From contig CAVXTP010000022.1 of NCBI GenBank assembly GCA_963764715.1, positions 64,001 to 128,000 of the forward strand: DNA of 64,000 bases, read 5' to 3'. The DNA comes from an uncultured Acidobacteriota bacterium (GTDB lineage: Bacteria; Acidobacteriota; Thermoanaerobaculia; UBA5066; Gp7-AA6). The position numbers and the translations under genes were made by a program. This document shows, in pieces, positions 54,811-63,608 of the stretch. The notes under the pieces are model-generated. The model saw only the letters and a list, made by a program, of their open reading frames with translations, was not told where the DNA came from and did not search any database. The first letter of the stretch is position 1. Each line of letters opens with the position of its first letter.

Positions 54811-55866
54811 ATGGCCAAGGCCCCTCCGATCCTCGCGCGCGTCTTTCGGGGCCCGCGCGTCGAATCGGCGCACCGGGGGATGGTGGCCGTCGTCGACGAG
54901 CGCGGAACGCTGCTCGACGCCTGCGGCGACGCCGCCGTTCCGGTCTTCACGCGGTCGGCCGCCAAGCCCTTTCAGACGATGCCGCTGCTCGAGGCCGGGG
55001 GCGAGAAAGCGTTTCGCCTCGGGGACGACGAGATCGCCCTGGCGTGCGCCTCGCATGGCGGTGAGCCGCGTCACGTGCGCGTGGCCCGGGCGATGCTCCG
55101 CAAGGGAGGCTTCCGCGAGTCGGACCTCGAGTGCGGAGCGCATGCTCCCATGGACGAAGGCTCCGCGCGCGAGCTCGTCCGTCGCGGCGACGAGCCTTCG
55201 GCCCTCCACAACAACTGCTCCGGGAAGCACGCCGCGCTGCTGCTGGCCTGTCGTCTTCTCGGCCTGCCCGCCGAAGGCTACGTCGAGCCGGGGCACCCGC
55301 TGCAGCGTCGGATCCGCGCGACCGTCGCGCGCTACGCGGGAATTCCGGAATCGCAGATCGTCGACGCGGTCGACGGCTGCAGCCTGCCGGTCTTCCGGCT
55401 TCCGCTCGCGGCGCTCGCCGGCGCCTACGCCCGGCTCCTCGCCGCGCGGCTGCCCGGCGAGGAGCGGGCGAGCGCCGCGGCGAGGGCGCGCATCGTGCGC
55501 GCGATGGTCCGGAGCCCGTTCATGGTCGCCGGCACCGGCCGCTTCACGACGGACTTCCTGGAGGCCGGCCGCGGCCGCTGGATCGGCAAGGAGGGGGCCG
55601 AGGGCGTCTATGCCGTGGGCCTCGCGCCGTCCCCGGGCGGCCGCGCCGTCGGCATCGCTTTCAAGATCGAGGACGGCTCGTCCCGGCCCCGCGATGCCGT
55701 GACCCTGGAGATTCTGTCCCGCCTCGGCCGGCTGCCGCAGGAGACGCGGCGCGCTCTCGGCGCCTATGCCGAGCCGCGCGTCCTCAACGCGCGCGGCCTC
55801 GACGTCGGACGCGTCGAGGCGGAGGTTCCCCTCGCGGCGATGCGCCCGAAAGCGCGCAGGAAATAA
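54811..55866 (+). CDS. L-asparaginase II (Rhizobium AnsA-type)
   Basis: ESAH.G, RSAAKP, CASHGGE, HNNCSGKH, DGC, KEGAEG, KIEDG. Confidence 0.88.
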   Translation: MAKAPPILARVFRGPRVESAHRGMVAVVDERGTLLDACGDAAVPVFTRSAAKPFQTMPLLEAGGEKAFRLGDDEIALACASHGGEPRHVRVARAMLRKGGFRESDLECGAHAPMDEGSARELVRRGDEPSALHNNCSGKHAALLLACRLLGLPAEGYVEPGHPLQRRIRATVARYAGIPESQIVDAVDGCSLPVFRLPLAALAGAYARLLAARLPGEERASAAARARIVRAMVRSPFMVAGTGRFTTDFLEAGRGRWIGKEGAEGVYAVGLAPSPGGRAVGIAFKIEDGSSRPRDAVTLEILSRLGRLPQETRRALGAYAEPRVLNARGLDVGRVEAEVPLAAMRPKARRK

Positions 55867-57329
55867 TGGCGTACCGCGACCTGTCGGCCTTTCTCGCGGC
55901 GCTCGAGCGCGACGGCGAGCTCGTGCGGATCCGCGAGCGCGTTTCGCCGCGCCTCGAGATCTCCGAGATCGCCGACCGCGCGGTCAAGAGCGGCGGACCC
56001 GCGCTTCTCTTCGAGAACGTCGAGGGCTCGTCCATCCCGGTCGCGATAAACACGTTTGCCTCCCGCCGCCGGATGCTCAAGGCCCTCGAGCTCTCCTCGT
56101 GGGAGGAGTGGGACGAGCGCCTCGAGTTCTTTCTGGACCCGAAGCCGCCCGATGGGATCCTCGGGAAGCTGAAGGCGATCCCGCGGGTCACCGAGCTCGC
56201 CTCGGTCTTCCCGAAGACCGTGCGGGGCGGCTCCTGCCAGGAGGTCGTGACGACCGGCGACGCCGTCGACCTCGGGACGCTCCCGGTCCTGACCTGCTGG
56301 CCGCAGGACGCGGGGCCCTTCGTCACGATGCCGCTCGTCGTGACGAAAGACCCGGTCTCCGGCAAGACCAACGTCGGGATGTACCGCATGCAGGTCTACG
56401 ACCGGAACACGACCGGCATGCACTGGCAGAAGCACAAGGACGGCGCGGGACAGGCCCGGGGCTACGCTCGCGAGGGCCGGCGCATGGAGGCGGCCGTCGC
56501 GATCGGCTGCGACCCGGCGACGGTGTTCTCGGCGATCGCGCCGCTGCCGCCGGGCGTCTCGGAGTTCCTCTTCGCCGGCTTCCTGCGCGGCGAGGCGGTG
56601 CCCCTGACCCCGGCGAAGACGGTCGACCTCCTCGTTCCCGCGGAAGCCGAGATCGTCCTCGAGGGCTACGTCGACCCGGAGGAGCGCCGGCGCGAGGGGC
56701 CCTTCGGCGACCACACCGGCTTCTACTCGCTCGACGACGACTTCCCGGTCTTCCACGTGACCGCGCTGACGCGGCGCGCCCGGCCGACGTACCTGGCGAC
56801 GATCGTCGGGCGGCCGCCGATGGAGGACGGCTTCATGGGGGAGGCGGTCGAGCGGCTCTTCCTCCCGCTCGTCAAAAAGACGATTCCCGAGATCGTCGAC
56901 ATGCACCTTCCCGTCGAAGGCATCTTCCACAACCTGATGATCGTCGCGATCGACAAGCGGTACCCGGGGCACGCCCGGAAGACCATGCACGCCATCTGGG
57001 GCACCGGCCAGATGATGTTCACCAAGACGATCGTGGTCGTCGACCGCGACGTCGACGTGCGCGGAGGCAAGGAGCTTCTCTGGCGGGCCCTCGCGTCGAT
57101 CGACCCCGAGCGCGACCTCGAGATCGTCCGGGGCCCCGTCGACGAGCTCGACTTCGCGTCGAGCCGGCCCTGCTACGGCGGCAAGGTCGGCATCGACGCG
57201 ACCCGCAAGTGGAAGGAAGAGGGATTCGACCGCCGGTGGCCCGACGAGATCGTCATGAGCGAGGAGGTCCGGCGGAAGATCGACGCCCTCTGGCCGTCCC
57301 TGGGGGTCCGGCCGCTCCGCACCGACTGA
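55866..57329 (+). CDS. UbiD-family (menaquinone biosynthesis) decarboxylase
   Basis: GPALLFE, NVGMYRMQ, EGPFGDHTGFY, GRPPMED, GIDATRK. Confidence 0.9.
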   Translation: MAYRDLSAFLAALERDGELVRIRERVSPRLEISEIADRAVKSGGPALLFENVEGSSIPVAINTFASRRRMLKALELSSWEEWDERLEFFLDPKPPDGILGKLKAIPRVTELASVFPKTVRGGSCQEVVTTGDAVDLGTLPVLTCWPQDAGPFVTMPLVVTKDPVSGKTNVGMYRMQVYDRNTTGMHWQKHKDGAGQARGYAREGRRMEAAVAIGCDPATVFSAIAPLPPGVSEFLFAGFLRGEAVPLTPAKTVDLLVPAEAEIVLEGYVDPEERRREGPFGDHTGFYSLDDDFPVFHVTALTRRARPTYLATIVGRPPMEDGFMGEAVERLFLPLVKKTIPEIVDMHLPVEGIFHNLMIVAIDKRYPGHARKTMHAIWGTGQMMFTKTIVVVDRDVDVRGGKELLWRALASIDPERDLEIVRGPVDELDFASSRPCYGGKVGIDATRKWKEEGFDRRWPDEIVMSEEVRRKIDALWPSLGVRPLRTD

Positions 57330-57369
57330 TCCGGCGTCGGGGGGCGGGTGTAGAATTCGACGTTCGCAC

Positions 57370-58602
57370 ATGAGAGTGCTCGTCCTCGACCCCGACGCCT
57401 CGTCCCGCGACGCCCTCCGGCAGGGCTTCTCGTCCGCCGGGGCGTCGGTGCGGGTGTTCGCGGAACCGCTCGAGGCCGAGCGGGCCGTCGGCGCCTTCGA
57501 GCCGGATGTCGTCGTCGCCGCGCTCGACGCGGAAGGCGCCGCCACCGGCTGGATCGATCGCCTGCGCTCCGACGGTTCCGGCCGGATCGTCTATGCCCTG
57601 GTCGACCGGGCCGAGCTCGATCGCGGAATCGCCTCCGGCGCTCACGATTTCCTGTGGCGGCCGGTGTCCGCCGCCCGGGTCGCACAGCTCCATGCCGCGG
57701 CCGAAACGCTCCGGCTCCGCGACTCGGAGAACGAGGCGACCCGCCTCAAGCTCGTGCGCGCGGACCTGCGGGAGTCGCTGCCCGGCCGCTCGCCGCGCTG
57801 GACGGCCGCAATGGCGTCGATCGAGCGCGCCGCGGCGTCGAACGCCTCGGTCCTGCTGACGGGCGAGCGCGGCACCGAGAAGGATGCGGCGGCTCTCGCC
57901 GTCCACCGTCTCTCGCGCCGCGGGTCCGGCCGCTTCGCGTACATCTCGGAGGGGGAGCTGCTCGAGCTCGCCGTCCGCCAGACGGGCCTCGGGACCCTCT
58001 TCCTGCCCAACGTCGAGACGACGTCCGCGGCGTTCCAGGAGGCGCTCCTGGCCCGCGTCGCCTCCGCGGGCTCGACGCGCTTCGTCATCGGTCTCGACGA
58101 GGACCCGCGCGAGGCCCTCGAGGCCGGACGGCTCCTGCGGCCCCTCCGCGAGGCCCTCGCCGACGAGCCGGTGCATCTTCCGCCGCTGCGCGAGCGGGAA
58201 GGCGACGTGGCGATCCTCGCCCGCCGGTTTCTCGAGGAGCTCGACCCGTCGCTCTCCTTCGACGCCGACGCCCTCGACGTGCTTCAGGCCCACGACTGGT
58301 CGGGCAACACGAACGAGCTCAAGGACTCCGTCCGCCGCGCGGCCCGTGTCGCCGAGGGCGTCATCGGCCCGACGAGCGTCCGCTCCGTCCTCGGGCGCCC
58401 GCTGCCGCGAACGCGGCTCCGCCGCCGCAAGCCCCCGGTCGTCAAGATCGCCGTGGGCGACTCGCTCGCCGACGTCGAGCGCCGCCTGATCTCGAAGACG
58501 CTGGAGTTCGCGCGGGGCAACAAGAAGAAGACCGCGGAGCTCCTGAAGCTCTCGCTCAAGACGATCTACAACAAGATCAAGGAATACGGCCTCGAGCACT
58601 GA
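57370..58602 (+). CDS. Degenerate NtrC-like regulator (pseudo-receiver, inactive AAA+, intact Fis HTH)
   Basis: VLLTGERGTEK, LPPLREREGD, WSGN..EL, GNKKKTAELLKLSLKTIYNKIKEY. No GAFTGA; Walker B reads FLPNV. Confidence 0.8.
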   Translation: MRVLVLDPDASSRDALRQGFSSAGASVRVFAEPLEAERAVGAFEPDVVVAALDAEGAATGWIDRLRSDGSGRIVYALVDRAELDRGIASGAHDFLWRPVSAARVAQLHAAAETLRLRDSENEATRLKLVRADLRESLPGRSPRWTAAMASIERAAASNASVLLTGERGTEKDAAALAVHRLSRRGSGRFAYISEGELLELAVRQTGLGTLFLPNVETTSAAFQEALLARVASAGSTRFVIGLDEDPREALEAGRLLRPLREALADEPVHLPPLREREGDVAILARRFLEELDPSLSFDADALDVLQAHDWSGNTNELKDSVRRAARVAEGVIGPTSVRSVLGRPLPRTRLRRRKPPVVKIAVGDSLADVERRLISKTLEFARGNKKKTAELLKLSLKTIYNKIKEYGLEH

Positions 58603-58627
58603 GCCGGCCCGGGAGGGCCGCGAGCTC

Positions 58628-58713
58628 TGGTGCCGGAGGCCGGACTCGAACCGGCACGCCCTTGCGAGCGGGGGATTTTGAGTCCCCTGCGTCTGCCATT
58701 CCGCCACTCCGGC
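58628..58713 (-). tRNA. tRNA-Leu (CAA)
   Basis: Minus strand GCCGGAG...CTCCGGC-A-CCA, anticodon arm GGGGA-CTCAAAA-TCCCC, long variable arm, TTCGAGT T-loop. Confidence 0.96.
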
Positions 58714-58786
58714 GACGGGACGCAAGAATACTCCAAACCCTTTGCTTGCTGAACGTTCGGTGCGCGTCCCGTCCCCTCACCCATGA

Positions 58787-60004
58787 CTAGAGGGCCTGTC
58801 GTTCCGTCGCTGTGGCCTTTGGCGTGGCCTCTTGGCGGAAATCCACCACGTTGCCCGTCACTTCAGGGCCGTCAATCAGGCTTGCCGCTCGGTTAGCGGC
58901 CTCCCGGACGGCATCCAGCTGGGGGCGGACGTATAGCCCGGTTACGTCGAGTGCCGCGTGGCCGAGGAAGGCCCTGGCAACGGCGTAGGACGAGCAGGAT
59001 TCAACCCGTGTGGCTGCGGTTTTCCTAAGGTCGTGGAACCGGGGACGCTTTTCTCCGGGCTTGGCGGGCTTCCAGACCGCTTCGACCGCCCGGCTGAAGC
59101 TGTGCTCGATCGTTGATGCGCTGACGGCCCTGCCGTCGTTCCGTCGAAAAACGAAGGCATCCGGATCGCTCCCGTGCTCCGCCTGATGCGCGAGGACTGC
59201 CATCGCCGCCTGTCCGAGAGCGACGTCCCTAGCCTTCTTGGCCTTGGCGTAGCGCTCTTCGACTGTCGCGGTGTGCTGTTCGAGGCTAACGCTCCGCCAA
59301 CGCAGGGTGATGATCTCGTTAAGTCGCATCCCGCTGTGAACGGCGAACCGCACGAAGAGGAGAGAGTCCGCCGACACGGAGTCGTAGATTGCTCGAAGCT
59401 CGCCTGGCTTGAAGATGTACCCACGCTCGCCGCGGGCGAACATCCGCTTGCGATCGGCACGGCTGGTCTCTTCGAACGGCGATGACGCGATACCGGTCTT
59501 GCGCTTGTTCTCTCGTCCCCAGTTGTAGGCCCTCCGAAGCAAAGCGAACGCCTTGCGCCGGGAGTCTGGAGCCGGCGGGGGACTTGCGCCTTCGAGCTTG
59601 CATGCCATATCGCGTAGATCTTCGGCGGTGAGGCGATCGGCACGACGCGATGCGTCGAGTGAGGCTTTTATCCGTGCAGTGGTAGACCGATCTGTACGCC
59701 AAGAGCGCTTGGCTCCGGGCTGCTCCGCCAAGTTCTCTCGATCGAACTCGCGAGATTCAGCCTTTAGGTAGAGATCAAGAAGACGATCCACCGAGGGCGG
59801 GTCTGGCAGATCCTCTAGGATGCCGCTTCGCTTCTGAGCCAGCCGGGCTAGCTCAGCGTCGCGAATGCGCCGAGCTGCAGCAATCTCAGACTTGGGACAT
59901 CCGGTCGTCTTGCGGAACCTTCGCCCTTCAGATCTAACGCAGACCCACCAGGTACCGCCTCGGAGAACGAGGTTGCGATCGGTCGTCGGTCTCTTTCGCT
60001 TCAT
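58787..60004 (-). CDS. int: Tyrosine recombinase/integrase
   Basis: N-terminal arm-binding-like WWVCVR..G.RFRKTTG; catalytic SGMR..E, K, FHDLRKT, LGH, LY. ATG overlaps the upstream stop. Confidence 0.92.
   Translation of the reverse strand: MKRKRPTTDRNLVLRGGTWWVCVRSEGRRFRKTTGCPKSEIAAARRIRDAELARLAQKRSGILEDLPDPPSVDRLLDLYLKAESREFDRENLAEQPGAKRSWRTDRSTTARIKASLDASRRADRLTAEDLRDMACKLEGASPPPAPDSRRKAFALLRRAYNWGRENKRKTGIASSPFEETSRADRKRMFARGERGYIFKPGELRAIYDSVSADSLLFVRFAVHSGMRLNEIITLRWRSVSLEQHTATVEERYAKAKKARDVALGQAAMAVLAHQAEHGSDPDAFVFRRNDGRAVSASTIEHSFSRAVEAVWKPAKPGEKRPRFHDLRKTAATRVESCSSYAVARAFLGHAALDVTGLYVRPQLDAVREAANRAASLIDGPEVTGNVVDFRQEATPKATATERQAL
58812..58836. repeat. Tandem direct repeat, possible integrase arm-type sites
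   Basis: GTGGCCTTTGGC followed immediately by GTGGCCTCTTGGC at the 3' end of int. Confidence 0.4.
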
Positions 60005-60186
60005 TGCTTGCCTCCTTTCTTCGGCTTGAGGCCGAGGTATGCCGTGAGCGCTGCGGCTATCACGTCTTGAAGGTTGGTCTTTTCCTGTGCCGCCCGGATC
60101 TTCGCGGCGGTCCAGACTTCCTCCGGGATCTCGATCGATGTCCTCACAGTCGTCACCCCCTCTCGTTTCCACGTAGATGCTTTCAT
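60001..60186 (-). CDS. Small ribbon-helix-helix (Arc/CopG-like) DNA-binding protein
   Basis: RTSIEIPEEVWTAAKIRAAQEKTNLQDVIAAALTAYL fits the beta-alpha-alpha RHH pattern. Its 3' end supplies the GGAGG SD of int. Confidence 0.72.
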   Translation of the reverse strand: MKASTWKREGVTTVRTSIEIPEEVWTAAKIRAAQEKTNLQDVIAAALTAYLGLKPKKGGKQ

Positions 60187-60248
60187 GCGTAAGATTGTAC
60201 GTGCTCAGCAGTGGGAGGGCAAACGATGGTCAGGACTCCCGGTGAGGC

Positions 60249-62198
60249 TTAGAGAGCCCGGATGCCGTCGTAAAGCTCTGTCTGTCCCGCGTTTACGATT
60301 GCTTCTACTTCGGGGTCCGCGTTGGCTTCTGGCTTCGCGGCCTTGATCTTCGAATAGAGGTGGAAGGTTCGGGCATGGGCCCTGGAGAGGAGCTGGTCGT
60401 AGTCCAGAGGAATGATCTTGGTCAGGTCTCCTTCTCCAAGCCTCGTGACTTCGACGCCAGATTCGATCTTGGCGCCGAGCACGTATGCGACGACGTGTGT
60501 CGTCGGCTGGACCTTCTTGGCAGTTCGGAGTTCTTTGCAGTAGTCCCTAGCCTGATCAATCTCCTTTTGTCTGACCAGAAACCCGCCCTTTTTCAATTCA
60601 ACAACCAAGACTTTTCGGTATCCGAGGGCTTCGCCTTGGTCGTCGTAGTCGTCAGCGGAATAAGGCGCGATCGACGCCTCGGGCAAGGCTACGAAGTCCG
60701 CTCGCCTTTGTGACGCGTCGGCGTCCGACAAGCCGAAGAACGATCGGATGACGGTGGCCATCGACCGGTTCGATCTGAAGTCGACCGCCTCGTATTCGGG
60801 ACCGAACATCCAGAGTCCGCGCTCAAAAAGTGGCTGAAGGTCGTGGAGCTCGTCGGCCTTGGCATCGTGAACTAGCCGTTGGATATCCTCGATGAGCTTC
60901 AGGCGTCGGCCAAGCTCACCTAAGACAATTTCCGCATCTTGGGCACTCCATTCCGACATCAGGCTGTTCCAAGTGTCGAGGTCATCCGGTGAACAAGCCA
61001 CCAATCTTTCCAAGAGGTCGTACCCGCTACGGGCCTGTTCTAGTCGCGCGAGAATTTCGACCGTTCTCGAAAGGTCTCCCTGGGACAGGCTGGGGCACTT
61101 CTGCAAAGCCTGATCGATAAACTGTCCAACGACCCGCCTCGACATCGGAGGCAACCCCTTTAGTGCCTTTCGATGTGCTTCGAGCGCCTCGAGCTTCCTC
61201 TCCTTGCGTGATGCCGACAGGAGGGAGTCCAGCCTGTCAATCACTGCCTCCCGGACCGCTCCCGTCACTTCCTGCACTCGCTTGCTCGGATGGAAGTCGC
61301 TCCAGTCTGACTTGACTTCTTCCTTCAGGAGGTCCGCCTCAACCACGAAACTGAATCGCTTCGCGGGAGCCGTGCGTCCGTCTAAGATCGAACCCTTTCC
61401 ATCCAGGCCGCGCCACGATGGTTGGCCTACCATCCGACGGTTGACCCAGTAGGTAATCCCGCGAAGTCCGGTCGTTCGATCCTCGCTAGCGCCATCGACC
61501 TGATGAATCGTTACCGTTCCGTGGCCGGGAATCTCCAGCTCGCTTGTAACGACATTCTCCAATCCTACGAGCCGAAGCTCTTGGCCGTTGACGATAATCT
61601 TGAAGTCCGGGTCTACCAGAAACTTGGAGCCGACCGCTTCTCGTACGGCGTCGACTGGCAGGACCGCACGACTAACCTTCGCGCGGATTGCGGTCCCATG
61701 CCCGCTGCGGGGAGAAGCTTCTGACGCCTCACAATGGAACGGCTCCGTTTCAGCGTTCGTGATGGAAACGATTGCCTTGAGTGCAGAGCCGTCGCGCCAA
61801 GTTTCGATTTCGTAGGCGTCCGCGAAGCAAAAGGCGCCATGGCGACCCTTTCCGGTCTGCCCAAAGGCCAGCCTGTCTTTTCGCTTCGCTCGGGAGTCGG
61901 CCGGGAACTCCGCCTTTTCGCCCTGTTCGTCTCTCCGGTTGTAAGACAGGGTTTTCCAGCGGGCGTCGAACTGCTCTTCCGTCATGCCCGTACCGTTGTC
62001 GGTGATTTCGAAGGTTTCGCTGACTTCTTCGGGCCACTTGATGCGAACCTCGTTCGCCCCGGCGTCATAAGCGTTTGCAATCAACTCCACCACGGCAACC
62101 CTAGGGTCGGTCATGATGAAGCCGGCGTGATCACGGAGGAAGTTTGGGCCGAACCGGAATGAACTCTCTTCGAAGAGCTTGCCGCTAGGTCTAGCCAT
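60249..62198 (-). CDS. GHKL (MORC/HSP90-like) ATPase fused to a C-terminal PD-(D/E)xK-type nuclease; candidate defence protein
   Basis: ELIANAYDA, ITDNGTGM, GQTGKGR, GHGT; C-terminal LQPLFERGLWMFGPEY, RRADF, VVELKK, IDQARDY. Confidence 0.82.
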   Translation of the reverse strand: MARPSGKLFEESSFRFGPNFLRDHAGFIMTDPRVAVVELIANAYDAGANEVRIKWPEEVSETFEITDNGTGMTEEQFDARWKTLSYNRRDEQGEKAEFPADSRAKRKDRLAFGQTGKGRHGAFCFADAYEIETWRDGSALKAIVSITNAETEPFHCEASEASPRSGHGTAIRAKVSRAVLPVDAVREAVGSKFLVDPDFKIIVNGQELRLVGLENVVTSELEIPGHGTVTIHQVDGASEDRTTGLRGITYWVNRRMVGQPSWRGLDGKGSILDGRTAPAKRFSFVVEADLLKEEVKSDWSDFHPSKRVQEVTGAVREAVIDRLDSLLSASRKERKLEALEAHRKALKGLPPMSRRVVGQFIDQALQKCPSLSQGDLSRTVEILARLEQARSGYDLLERLVACSPDDLDTWNSLMSEWSAQDAEIVLGELGRRLKLIEDIQRLVHDAKADELHDLQPLFERGLWMFGPEYEAVDFRSNRSMATVIRSFFGLSDADASQRRADFVALPEASIAPYSADDYDDQGEALGYRKVLVVELKKGGFLVRQKEIDQARDYCKELRTAKKVQPTTHVVAYVLGAKIESGVEVTRLGEGDLTKIIPLDYDQLLSRAHARTFHLYSKIKAAKPEANADPEVEAIVNAGQTELYDGIRAL

Positions 62199-62321
62199 GG
62201 TCGGTTGGGGCTCAGGTTACTACTCGTTGGACCCCGAACGGCCACGCCAGAGGCCACATTCAGCTTCGGGGCATGCGGAATTCGCCCCAGGCCGCCTCTT
62301 TCGGAGAGCTGCATGGGACTT

Positions 62322-62534
62322 CTAGTCCTTCGTTCGCCGTCGGGAGGCCAGAAATGCCTCCAAGTCGCCCACCGAGAAGAGCATCTTGCGTCCGACCCGG
62401 TAATAGGGCAGTTCTCGACGGAGGGCGAACTCCCGGACGCCCTGAGGCCGAATCCTCAGCCTCTCCGCCACCTCGAAGCTAGTCAGCAAGCGATCGCTCG
62501 GAGTAGCGGCCAGCAATCGAGTCGAGCTAGCCAC
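62322..62534 (-). CDS. Excisionase-like HTH_17 DNA-binding protein
   Basis: GGAGG SD plus GTG; LLTSFEVAERLRI......ELPYYRVGRKMLFSVGDLEAFL. Confidence 0.8.
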   Translation of the reverse strand: MASSTRLLAATPSDRLLTSFEVAERLRIRPQGVREFALRRELPYYRVGRKMLFSVGDLEAFLASRRRTKD

Positions 62535-62649
62535 GGTCCGAAACCTCCTCTGTCGCCACTGGAAATGCGGGAAATCCGTCCAGCGCTTCCTCGATGAGCG
62601 AGGTGTAGAGGGTTCCAATTCCGCGCCCACCGCCTTCGAACTCAGCCAC
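62527..62649 (-). CDS. Small hypothetical protein (40 aa)
   Basis: GGAGGA SD plus GTG; overlaps both neighbours in a coupled arrangement. Confidence 0.35.
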   Translation of the reverse strand: MAEFEGGGRGIGTLYTSLIEEALDGFPAFPVATEEVSDRG

Positions 62650-63001
62650 GAAGTTCCTCCCAGGGCGAGGGCCCGGATGCCAGGCGTTCGAAGTCAGCTG
62701 CCGCCCCCAAGTCGCCGGCGGCCATCTGAAGGAGGATTTCAAAGACGATCCGGGCGGCCTCGAGCGTCGGCGGCTCCATGTCCGTGTACGGGAAGGCGAC
62801 GTACCGAGCCGCGTGTCTGATCTCATCCGAAGACGGGAACTTGCAGCCGATCGGCGAAACTGGCCCAACTCCGTTCACGCCACCGTCGGTCAGGAGCCTC
62901 TGGCCAACGTCCGTCGAGAGGGGCGATCTCGCGTATTGCCCCCGCGCAACTATCGATAATGCGCCGAGGCGAAACTTCGGGTACTTCCGAGCACTACTCA
63001 A
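62642..63001 (-). CDS. Hypothetical protein
   Basis: TTG start overlaps the upstream stop; the 3' end overlaps the next start. Confidence 0.4.
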   Translation of the reverse strand: MSSARKYPKFRLGALSIVARGQYARSPLSTDVGQRLLTDGGVNGVGPVSPIGCKFPSSDEIRHAARYVAFPYTDMEPPTLEAARIVFEILLQMAAGDLGAAADFERLASGPSPWEELRG

Positions 63002-63416
63002 GCGATGAACCCTGTTCCCTGTAGATTCGCGCGACCCGAAACCAGCAGCCAGGGTGACCAGCTTCGTGAGTGTCCTCCCTGCTGATCGCGCATCTCTCCA
63101 CGCAGGCGTGTGGGATCTGCCAGACGGGACGGTCGCCATGGAAGGCCAAGGTCCCAAACAGGTCACCGCTTTCGATCAGGGCCTTGGTCTGCCGGCGGGA
63201 CAGGCAGAGCAGCCAAGCGGCTTCGCCGAGGTTGAGAGGGTCTGGCAGTCCAGGCGTGCGCCGGCGGTCCCTAGAGATCCGCAGCCGCACCTCGCTGGAC
63301 CCGGCTCCGGCATGGTAGTAGCCGTTAGCTGCACGGAGCGCCTCCTCGAGCGTCAGACACTGCGGCGCGATCGTTCGTGTCCACGGGATCACTCGACGAA
63401 AGCCGGGGCCGCTCAT
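62994..63416 (-). CDS. Hypothetical protein with HTH_17-like DNA-binding segment
   Basis: LNLGEAAWLLCLSRRQTKALIESGDL......WQIP; GAGG SD upstream. Confidence 0.55.
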   Translation of the reverse strand: MSGPGFRRVIPWTRTIAPQCLTLEEALRAANGYYHAGAGSSEVRLRISRDRRRTPGLPDPLNLGEAAWLLCLSRRQTKALIESGDLFGTLAFHGDRPVWQIPHACVERCAISREDTHEAGHPGCWFRVARIYREQGSSLE

Positions 63417-63518
63417 CGATATCCGCCTCGAAGGACCAGGGACGACGATGAACCGAGCTGTCGCTCCTCAAAGAAAGCACCATCAAGCAAACTCCCGTTG
63501 CCAGGACGAATGCCATGA

Positions 63519-63549
63519 CCGGGTCCCAGAGGAATCCCCTGGGACCCGG
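63519..63549. other. Perfect 11-bp inverted repeat (hairpin)
   Basis: CCGGGTCCCAG-aggaatccc-CTGGGACCCGG. Confidence 0.7.
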
Positions 63550-63608
63550 CCTTCGTGTGCATGACTGCTTGCAAGCACCCGGCCTGGCTAAGCCGGAAGT
63601 CTTTGATT

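Noticed and set aside
58787-60172. 461-aa integrase with long N-terminal extension
   Set aside because: The extension overlaps the RHH gene. A better start with an SD is the ATG at 60004.
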